A stretch of 64,000 nt of DNA, taken from contig JBLYPV010000001.1 of the NCBI GenBank assembly GCA_048538215.1, forward strand, positions 139,495-203,494. Reading direction: 5' to 3'. A program made the position numbers and the translations under genes. The notes beneath the pieces were generated by a model. It was not told the DNA's origin. It saw only the letters and a program-made list of their open reading frames with translations, and ran no database searches. Positions 56,546 through 64,000 of this stretch are shown in pieces; positions within the stretch are counted from its first letter, which is position 1; every line of letters begins with the position of its first letter. The stretch comes from Patescibacteria group bacterium. Lineage in GTDB: Bacteria > Patescibacteriota > Minisyncoccia > Phycocordibacterales > GCA-2747955.

Positions 56546-59500
56546 CTTCTTCTAATAATTCAATATCAAGTGCCAAGCCCTTGAGATTATAGGTCATCAC
56601 ATTAAATGATTCTGGCAAATTCGGCAAAACAGTATTTCGGCCCTTAATAATAGCTTCATACATTGCAGATCTACCAATAATATCATCTGATTTTACAGTA
56701 AGCATTTCTCGTAGAGTATAGGCTGCTCCGTGTCCCAACAACGCCCAGACCTCCATTTCTCCAAATCGTTGTCCTCCTTCATTTGATTTTCCACCAAGAG
56801 GCTGTTGATTGATCAAGCTATAAGGCCCGACCGAGCGCATATGAATTTTATCCTCCACCATATGATGCAATTTAAGAATATACATATACCCCACTGCTAT
56901 ATCTTGAGCAAAGAATTCTCCTGTGCGTCCATCCATCAGTGGCACCTTTCCACTATCTTTAAATCCGGCTTTAGTAAGCTCTGCTTTAATTTCTTCATCG
57001 GTAGCACCAGAAAATGGTGGCACAATGGCCTGATAATCAAGCGTATGTGCTGCAAGTCCAAGGTGTAGCTCAAGAATCTGTCCAAGATTCATACGAGAAG
57101 GTACACCGAGCGGAGTAAGGATGATGTCAATAGGTGTCCCATCCTCCATATAAGGCATATCTTCTTCAGGTAGTATTTTTGATACCACACCCTTATTCCC
57201 ATGTCGACCAGCGAGCTTGTCCCCGACATTGATATTCCGCATTTCAGCCAATTGAATATAGATTTTTCTAATGACACCCGATTCCGAGATCTCTCCCTGA
57301 GCACGATCAAAAATTCTTACTCCAATGACTCGAGCTTTTGTACCCCCCTTGTATCGCAATGAGGTATCCTTAACATCACGCGCCTTCTCTCCAAAAATAG
57401 ATCGGAGTAAACGCTCTTCTGGGGTGAGCTGGCTCTCACCCTTAGGGGTAATCTTCCCTACCAAAATATCTCCTTTCTCCACCTCGGCTCCCACGCGGAT
57501 AATTCCATCTTCATCCAGAAATCGTAATTTAGCCTCAGATACATTTGGAATATCGTGAGTTGTCTGCTCGGGGCCAAGCTTGGTATCACGCACCTCCATG
57601 ACTGCCTCTTCGATGTGAATATTGGTAAATCGAGCGTGTTTGACTAAGCGTTCTGAAACAACAATCGCATCCTCGAAATTCGCCCCATAAAATGACATAA
57701 AGGCAGTCAGTATATTTTGTCCAACTGCTATTTGCCCATTATCTGATGATGAAGTATCAGCCAAGAGAGCTCCCTGCTTCACCTTATCTCCAACATTGAC
57801 GACTGGACGCTGGTGAAAATTAGATGAGGCGTTGGTGCCAGCAAAATTAATCAATGAATATTCTATCTCTCGCTTACTTCCCTTCACTACAATCTTATCA
57901 GCATTTGCTACGGTGACTGTCCCTGCTTCCTTGGCATAGACAAGACGACCAGTATAGCGTGCCGCATCTTCCTCAATACCAGTAGCTATAATCGGGGCTT
58001 CTGGCTTCAAACAAGGCACTGCTTGCTTCTGCATATTACTACCCATAAGTGCCCGGTTTGCCTCATTGTGATTAACAAAAGGAATCATAGCAGTCGCTAT
58101 CGAAAATGGCTGATAGGCAGACACATCTACGAATTCTACTTCTTCACGAGAGACTACTCGTGGATCTCCCTGATTACGCACCTCAATAGTATCTTGGGTA
58201 AGATTCCCATCTTTATCACATGCTACTGCTGAGTGGGCTATGTTTGCTTCTGCTTCAGCATAAGCATCTAAATAGTGTATTTTATCAGTAATTTTTCCAT
58301 CCTTTACTACTGCATAGGGAGTTTCAATAATACCGAATCGATTGACAGTGGCATATGATGACATACGCAAAATCAATCCAATATTTTGTCCTTCAGGAGT
58401 CTGAATGGGACACAATCTTCCGTAGTGGGATGGGTGCACATCACGTACCTCAAAGCCCGCACGCTCACGCACGAGCCCTCCCGGCCCAAGAGCCGATACC
58501 GTACGTAGCTTCTCTAGCTCCATTAAGATATTTTCTTGCTCTGCAAACTGGCAAAGCTGGTTGGTGTTGTAGAATTCTTTGATACGAGCCTGCAATGGTC
58601 GTGGATTGACAAAAGAAGAAGGATCAATGGCCTCACTATCAGAAATCGACATCCTGTCCTGGATATTTCGCTTCATTTGCAAAAGACCTAATCGAAATTT
58701 TTGTGCGATCATTTCATCAAAAAATCGTAGTCGTCGTGAGCCAAGATTATCAATATCATCTGGCATACTTCCCGGAATAGTATTAAGCTCAACAATTTTT
58801 TCTACAATAGTCACCAAATCATCAAGACTTAGAATTTGTTCTGCTTGCGTATATTTCTTTGGCATCTTTTTGCCAAAACGAGAATTAAATCGTACCCGAC
58901 CCATTTCTGAAAGATCATATCGCTCGACACCAAAAAATAGTGTTTCAATAAATTCTTTAGCATGCACCGAAGCTACTACTTCTCCATCTCGTAGTCTCTT
59001 GTATATCTCTACGTATGATGAATCTGTATCGTGAGCTGAATCCTTAGCAAGCGATGCTTCAATAAAACGCTTGGCGTCATCAGATTTAAAAAGTTTTAGT
59101 ATGTCTTCATTGCTCCCTGCACCGAAAACTCGCAAGAGCGAAGTAACGGCTATTTTTCGCTTTCGGTCGATTTTGACATAAATTGCGTCGTTTAGATCTG
59201 ACTCAAATTCAAGCCAACTACCCCGAGCAGGAATAATTTTGGCTCCAAACAACTGCTTTGTTTTAGTCTCATCAACAGTAAAAAACACCCCAAAGCTTCG
59301 CGCGAGCTGAGGAATAATAACTTTTTCAATTCCATTGACAATAAATGTACCGTAATCGGTCATTATAGGTAAGTCCAAAAGGAAAAGCTCTTGGGTTTTA
59401 CTCATCCCAGTATTTTTATTGGTAAGGGTAGCATTTACCTTGATGCTACACTCATACGAAAGGCGATGCTCTTTTGCAAAGTATTCGTTATGATCTGGAT

Positions 59501-59744
59501 GAGTGATTTTTATATCATCAAACGAAAGGGTGAATTTTTTACCTGAGTAATCTTCAAGTGGTGAAAATTCATTAAGGAGATTTTTGATTCCTTCCTCAAG
59601 AAATCTATTAAAGGAGTCTGTTTGGTGCTGTACTAAATTGGGCAAAGGGGCACGTGGGAGCCTAAAAGCTCCGAAAGTCTTTTTCTCTTTTGATCCAACC
59701 ATATATAAGTGATCGATTATATGCTTACAAAGTACGCGTGCCAC
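56529..59744 (-). CDS. rpoB: DNA-directed RNA polymerase subunit beta
   Basis: The ORF is 1071 aa with conserved beta-subunit blocks, for example 'GDKLAGRHGNKGVVSKI'. It overlaps rpoC by 17 nt. Confidence 0.97.
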   Translation of the reverse strand: MARVLCKHIIDHLYMVGSKEKKTFGAFRLPRAPLPNLVQHQTDSFNRFLEEGIKNLLNEFSPLEDYSGKKFTLSFDDIKITHPDHNEYFAKEHRLSYECSIKVNATLTNKNTGMSKTQELFLLDLPIMTDYGTFIVNGIEKVIIPQLARSFGVFFTVDETKTKQLFGAKIIPARGSWLEFESDLNDAIYVKIDRKRKIAVTSLLRVFGAGSNEDILKLFKSDDAKRFIEASLAKDSAHDTDSSYVEIYKRLRDGEVVASVHAKEFIETLFFGVERYDLSEMGRVRFNSRFGKKMPKKYTQAEQILSLDDLVTIVEKIVELNTIPGSMPDDIDNLGSRRLRFFDEMIAQKFRLGLLQMKRNIQDRMSISDSEAIDPSSFVNPRPLQARIKEFYNTNQLCQFAEQENILMELEKLRTVSALGPGGLVRERAGFEVRDVHPSHYGRLCPIQTPEGQNIGLILRMSSYATVNRFGIIETPYAVVKDGKITDKIHYLDAYAEAEANIAHSAVACDKDGNLTQDTIEVRNQGDPRVVSREEVEFVDVSAYQPFSIATAMIPFVNHNEANRALMGSNMQKQAVPCLKPEAPIIATGIEEDAARYTGRLVYAKEAGTVTVANADKIVVKGSKREIEYSLINFAGTNASSNFHQRPVVNVGDKVKQGALLADTSSSDNGQIAVGQNILTAFMSFYGANFEDAIVVSERLVKHARFTNIHIEEAVMEVRDTKLGPEQTTHDIPNVSEAKLRFLDEDGIIRVGAEVEKGDILVGKITPKGESQLTPEERLLRSIFGEKARDVKDTSLRYKGGTKARVIGVRIFDRAQGEISESGVIRKIYIQLAEMRNINVGDKLAGRHGNKGVVSKILPEEDMPYMEDGTPIDIILTPLGVPSRMNLGQILELHLGLAAHTLDYQAIVPPFSGATDEEIKAELTKAGFKDSGKVPLMDGRTGEFFAQDIAVGYMYILKLHHMVEDKIHMRSVGPYSLINQQPLGGKSNEGGQRFGEMEVWALLGHGAAYTLREMLTVKSDDIIGRSAMYEAIIKGRNTVLPNLPESFNVMTYNLKGLALDIELLEEGEHAN

Positions 59745-59796
59745 TACTCATTCAAAACGCTGGGAGCATTATACATATAATATACCTAAGAGCAAG

Positions 59797-61095
59797 CTAG
59801 CAAGCCCCCGCCCATCCCGGCAATGGGGCGTATGGCTTCGCTCCACCATAGCACCAATATGTTCTACTCCCCGAATCGTTTCCACTAGGTGCACAATCAG
59901 CCCCATATACGCCGTTCCACTGTACATGCATATAGCTCGAGCCAAATCCCATCCGACAAACACCCAAATCCAAGAGTAACTGTAAAAAAAGTACCTTCTC
60001 ACCTCGGTCTAATTGACTCAAGCTCATATCTACAGATTCATAGTAGGGATGATTACTTCCTTTTCCATCCGTAATACAAGGGCCTTGATTGCGTGGATTA
60101 CTCCGATATGCACTGGTAATCGGAAGTGCTCTATCAATAATACCCGCTTCAAAAAGCACCTGATTGATGTAGGCATCATTTTCTACTGTACGCTCTGAAA
60201 TCATCACATCTTTAGTAGCAGTAGGGACTCCATGCCGACAATCAGCAAAATCTTCTGGAGTCCGATATGGGTTGACTGGCCAGTAGGCGAGCTCACTACC
60301 AGCCCCAGCACTCCCTCTAATACTCGCAGCTCGAGCCTCTGAAATTGCTTCTCTTGTCAGCCGAGTCTTATAATCTGGATCGGTATGTGACATAAATAGG
60401 CGCCTCCCACCTCCTGGATTCATAGGCGGGGCATTGTAGGTAGATACATAATCTGTATTAGTAATTTGTGAGCAACTACCCCCAGTAGCTCTTTCGCATT
60501 CTTCCTTTGTCTCATAACGAGTTGCATTACTATTCCCCAGTTCATCATCAGATTGCCAGACATAGGGCTGTACCTCTATTCCACCATGATCTGGATCGGT
60601 GGGGTCTTCTATCTCAAACATCGTACCATCCGTAACCACCCCCACACCAACATTAGAAGGGAGAATATTATTTTTGCCTAAGTCACCAAAATTTACTAGT
60701 TGTATAGGATTAATAAGAGCAAGAAACATATAGGCACCAATTAAGAGAATTAATCCACCAAAGACAAGAGCGATACGCTCTTTAATATCTGATTTAACTC
60801 CTGGAATAGCACTAGCACTATAACGGACTCCTTCTATCACTAAAATGATTACTGCTAGTGCTATAGAGAGAGCTATAGATAGTTTATAGATAGTGTTGAT
60901 GAGTTCGGTGAAGTTGCCAGCTTCACTTGCTGATTTAAATCCAGGAATATCGGTAAGTAGCTGATAATCACCTTGGCTTTGAGTACCTCCTGTACTTTCT
61001 GCAAAAACATTTCCACTCACAAAAAAAAGCGCGAGCAGTAAGACACTTACGCCTAGTGCAAAAAAGAAAAGGTACCGTGGCAATCGCAAATGCAT
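59797..61095 (-). CDS. Membrane-anchored secreted protein with a possible C-terminal LAS/M15-like zinc peptidase domain
   Basis: It has a signal peptide plus two TM helices. The C-terminal region carries 'SNHPYYESVD' (S-x-H-x6-D) and later 'SYMHVQW'. These resemble the H-x6-D and second-His motifs of VanY/hedgehog-type peptidases. Tentative. Confidence 0.4.
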   Translation of the reverse strand: MHLRLPRYLFFFALGVSVLLLALFFVSGNVFAESTGGTQSQGDYQLLTDIPGFKSASEAGNFTELINTIYKLSIALSIALAVIILVIEGVRYSASAIPGVKSDIKERIALVFGGLILLIGAYMFLALINPIQLVNFGDLGKNNILPSNVGVGVVTDGTMFEIEDPTDPDHGGIEVQPYVWQSDDELGNSNATRYETKEECERATGGSCSQITNTDYVSTYNAPPMNPGGGRRLFMSHTDPDYKTRLTREAISEARAASIRGSAGAGSELAYWPVNPYRTPEDFADCRHGVPTATKDVMISERTVENDAYINQVLFEAGIIDRALPITSAYRSNPRNQGPCITDGKGSNHPYYESVDMSLSQLDRGEKVLFLQLLLDLGVCRMGFGSSYMHVQWNGVYGADCAPSGNDSGSRTYWCYGGAKPYAPLPGWAGAC

Positions 61096-61199
61096 ATTAC
61101 TATTCTACCAGGAAAAATATGCTCTCATAAACAGCTTGTACACATAGCTATCCCACTTTGAAATATGAGCTCGTTTCTCTCTCGTGCTATAATTATTTT

Positions 61200-62588
61200 A
61201 TGACTAATCAAGGCCCTATCCCTCCTCAATCAATAGAAGCAGAGCAAGCGCTATTAGGATCGATTTTAATCAAACCAGATGCTTTGTATGAAATTGTAGA
61301 ATATATTTTTCCAGAGGTATTTTATGATACTCGACATCAAATAATTTTTGAAGCTGCCTATGAGCTCTTTAATAACTCAAGCCCTATTGATCTTCTTACC
61401 CTGTCAGACAAGCTTAAGACGCTCAAACAGCTCGACCAAATAGGTGGCGAAGAATACCTCGCTCACCTTGCTACGACTGTCCCTAGCGCTGCTAATATTG
61501 AGCATTATGCACAAATTGTCCACAGCCGATTTATCAAGCGACGCTTGATTCAAGCTTCCGAAGAAATTGCCCATCTCGGCTACGATGAATCACAGGAGAC
61601 GGAATACGCCATTGATCAAGCAGAAAAATCACTTTTCAGCATATCTCAATCTCTCAGTGGGTCGGAGTTCGTGGGGATGGTGGAGCTCGCAAAAGATGCG
61701 AGTGAGCGTATTATGAAACTTCAGGATGGTGGAGAAAAGCTTCGTGGGCTCCCTACTGGATTTGAATCAATCGACCGGAAGCTTTCTGGATTCCAAGGCG
61801 GTGATTTAATCATCCTCGCTGCCCGTCCATCCGTAGGTAAAACTTCACTTGCCCTTGATTTTGTCCGGAAAATTGCCGTCAACCACGATAAATCTATTGC
61901 CTTTTTTTCGCTTGAAATGTCCCAAGATCAGCTGATTGATAGAATGCTCTCGGCAGAATCTAGAGTAGATTACTGGAAAATGCGTACGGGTACTATCAAG
62001 GAGCAGACTGATTTTGGAGCTCTACAAGATGCTATAGGTAGATTATCAGAAGCTAAGATACATATTGACGATAATTCATACAATAATGTTTTAAGAATGA
62101 AATCTGCTGCGCGCAAGCTCAAGCGCCGACACGGCCTTGATCTTATAGTGGTAGACTACCTACAATTAATGGCACCAGTAAAAACAGGACCAAATGTATC
62201 GGTTGTACAAGAAATCACCGAAATATCTCGAGGCCTCAAACAGCTTGCAAAAGAGCTCAATGTGCCTGTTATTGCTCTCTCTCAACTTTCAAGAAATATT
62301 GAACACCGTGGTAATGATGCTCGCCCCAAGCTTGCTGATTTACGAGATTCAGGATCAATCGAGCAAGATGCAGATTTAGTAATGTTTATCCATCGTCCAA
62401 AGCAAGAAGATGAGTCAGCTGGGCGCGGAGCGCAAACAGAGCTTATTATTGAAAAACACCGCAATGGAGCGACTGGCACTGTAGAGCTATTCTTTGATGC
62501 TGAGAAGACTACTTTCCATGAGGTCGACTCAGGGCACGAGGCATATGCAATGGCTGATTTTGAAGATCAAGCTGATGACGATTTTTAG
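61200..62588 (+). CDS. dnaB: Replicative DNA helicase (start taken at 'MTNQGPIPPQ')
   Basis: The N-terminal 'PQSIEAEQALLGSIL' matches DnaB. 'ILAARPSVGKTSLAL' is Walker A. The C-terminal RecA-like domain is present and there is no intein. The track start at 61158 overlaps a TGcTATAAT -10 element. Confidence 0.9.
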   Translation: MTNQGPIPPQSIEAEQALLGSILIKPDALYEIVEYIFPEVFYDTRHQIIFEAAYELFNNSSPIDLLTLSDKLKTLKQLDQIGGEEYLAHLATTVPSAANIEHYAQIVHSRFIKRRLIQASEEIAHLGYDESQETEYAIDQAEKSLFSISQSLSGSEFVGMVELAKDASERIMKLQDGGEKLRGLPTGFESIDRKLSGFQGGDLIILAARPSVGKTSLALDFVRKIAVNHDKSIAFFSLEMSQDQLIDRMLSAESRVDYWKMRTGTIKEQTDFGALQDAIGRLSEAKIHIDDNSYNNVLRMKSAARKLKRRHGLDLIVVDYLQLMAPVKTGPNVSVVQEITEISRGLKQLAKELNVPVIALSQLSRNIEHRGNDARPKLADLRDSGSIEQDADLVMFIHRPKQEDESAGRGAQTELIIEKHRNGATGTVELFFDAEKTTFHEVDSGHEAYAMADFEDQADDDF

Positions 62589-62607
62589 AAATTGATAAGA
62601 CATTCTT

Positions 62608-63222
62608 ATGAACGAACTCGACACCCTCCAACAATTACTCACACGGCTCCCTGGTATTGGCCCACGCCAAGCTCGGCGTTTTTCTTTTTTTCTTATGCAA
62701 GCTCCCAGGCAATATATTGATGAGCTTATTGAGAGCATTACAAACTCGCGTCAATTACGCCACCATTGTCAATTATGCAACCGTATTTTTTTTATAAACC
62801 ACGCACATACCAACACTACGAATTGCCCTACATGTATTGATAGCGCCCGTGATGCTTCCAAGCTCCTGCTCGTTCTCAAACAAGCTGATTTTGAGCAAAT
62901 AGAATCTGCATCAACTTGGGATGGACACTATTTCCTTATTAATAGAAACGTCCGATTAGCGGACAAAAATCCGGAAAATCTTCTCCCACTCGATATGCTA
63001 AAGCGTCGTATTACCGACTCTCAGGTGCAAGAAATTATCTTTGGCTTACCTATCAATCCAGAGGGCGAATATACTACCGAGGTGCTCGAAACAGCCCTGG
63101 CTTCCATTGTAAAAGAAAAAGGTATCACTATCTCACACTTGGCCCGTGGGCTCTCGAGTGGTAGTGAACTTGAATACTCAGACCCCCAAACCCTCAAATC
63201 AGCTCTAGAGAATAGAAACTAG
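62608..63222 (+). CDS. recR: Recombination protein RecR
   Basis: 'LTRLPGIGPRQARR' is the HhH motif. 'CQLCNR...CPTC' is a C4 zinc finger. A Toprim domain is present. Confidence 0.9.
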   Translation: MNELDTLQQLLTRLPGIGPRQARRFSFFLMQAPRQYIDELIESITNSRQLRHHCQLCNRIFFINHAHTNTTNCPTCIDSARDASKLLLVLKQADFEQIESASTWDGHYFLINRNVRLADKNPENLLPLDMLKRRITDSQVQEIIFGLPINPEGEYTTEVLETALASIVKEKGITISHLARGLSSGSELEYSDPQTLKSALENRN

Positions 63223-64000
63223 CTATTGCTTGCAATAAACGACTCCCACATTAATTTAAATTTATCATTTCTTTTAAACAAATCTTCAAAACTACCTTGA
63301 TCAACTACAGTGCCATCTTCAAACATAATAATCATATCAAAATATTTTAATAGATTCATTTTGTGAATGCTGGCAATGAATGTTTTCCCTTTAAAGTGAT
63401 TAAAAATATTTTGGTATATTTCTACTTCTATTTCAGGATCAACGGAGCTAGTAGACTCATCAAGTAGGATAATATTTTTATCTAGTGCAAATAAAAGTGC
63501 CCGTGCGAGAGCTAATCGTTGCTTTTGTCCACCAGATAGATTCACCCCCTTCTCATTAATCCTGCTCGCAAAGCCATCTGCTAAACTATCGACTACTTCT
63601 GTAAACATAGCTAGATCAGTAACTTTTCGAATAGATTTTTCATTATAATCAAGACCAAATGTAATATTTTCCTCAATAGTACTACTAAATAGCTCCGGAT
63701 CTTGTGGGACTAGTGTAGTGGATAAGTCAATTTCATGAAGTTGTTTGTGAATTTGTTCACCATCTATATAAATATCACCAATTGCCCCCTCATACATTCC
63801 ATGTAGCAATTTGAGAAAGGTTGTTTTCCCTGACCCTGATTGTCCAATAAGCGCCACTCTTTGCCCTTGTTGTATTGTAAGTGAAACATCTCGTAAGGTC
63901 GTAAATTCTTGTTGATCTTGGCTATAATCAAATTTTACCTCATTAAACCGTATTGATTGCGCTACATCCACTTTTAAACGATCAATTTTTGAATGCTCGA
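63219..64000 (-). CDS. ABC transporter ATP-binding domain (C-terminal part; the 5' end lies beyond the window)
   Basis: 'GQSGSGKTT' is Walker A, 'LSGGQKQRLALARAL' the ABC signature and 'ILLDESTSSVD' Walker B. The ORF is open at the window end. Confidence 0.85.
   Translation of the reverse strand, partial: EHSKIDRLKVDVAQSIRFNEVKFDYSQDQQEFTTLRDVSLTIQQGQRVALIGQSGSGKTTFLKLLHGMYEGAIGDIYIDGEQIHKQLHEIDLSTTLVPQDPELFSSTIEENITFGLDYNEKSIRKVTDLAMFTEVVDSLADGFASRINEKGVNLSGGQKQRLALARALLFALDKNIILLDESTSSVDPEIEVEIYQNIFNHFKGKTFIASIHKMNLLKYFDMIIMFEDGTVVDQGSFEDLFKRNDKFKLMWESFIASNS

Noticed and set aside
52793-59744. Numerous 60-150-aa antisense or out-of-frame ORFs inside rpoB/rpoC (and likewise inside leuS, uvrB, secD)
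   Set aside because: They are fully embedded in long, motif-supported genes, so they are chance ORFs.
59797-60300. N-terminal part of the 432-aa protein as a VirB2/TrbC-type conjugative pilin
   Set aside because: The topology (signal peptide plus two TM helices) is superficially pilin-like. But no other T4SS genes are nearby, and the protein carries a large C-terminal enzymatic-looking domain.
1-64000. CRISPR arrays
   Set aside because: No series of regularly spaced direct repeats was seen anywhere in the window.

Overview
This is an AT-rich, gene-dense bacterial chromosomal segment dominated by housekeeping genes. It looks like a small, streamlined genome, possibly of the Patescibacteria/CPR type, but that is an inference. 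Supporting signs are a ProS without the INS editing domain, an AspRS without the GAD insertion, a short RNase P RNA, and broken-up ribosomal and ATP-synthase operons.

Recognised housekeeping content:
- Aminoacyl-tRNA synthetases: gltX (5' partial), cysS, proS, leuS, aspS, trpS.
- DNA replication and repair: uvrB, dnaG, dnaB, recR, ung, rmuC.
- Transcription and translation: rpoB, rpoC, rpoD, def, fmt, trmD, trmB, orn, hpf, rpmA, rplI.
- Cell envelope and division: murG, ftsW, ftsZ, secD, secF, a CtpA-like S41 protease.
- ATP synthase: atpB, atpE, atpF only.
- RNA genes: an RNase P RNA, tRNA-Phe(GAA), tRNA-Glu(CUC), tRNA-Ser(CGA).

Against this background several GC-rich patches stand out:
- (a) A ~1.7 kb GC-rich element at the 3' end of tRNA-Glu. 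It carries one large serine recombinase gene bounded by ~130-bp imperfect terminal inverted repeats with a perfect 48-bp core.
- (b) A two-gene predicted peptide-modification system: a 7TM membrane protein followed by a RimK-like ATP-grasp ligase fused to a retropepsin-like protease.
- (c) A LeuS that carries an inserted ~140-aa domain with a near-canonical Nudix box.
- (d) Two small GC-rich gene cassettes with their own promoter/SD and terminators.
- (e) Several GC-rich perfect hairpins and nested palindromes in intergenic regions.

All calls are from reading the sequence and from motif knowledge. No database searches were run.
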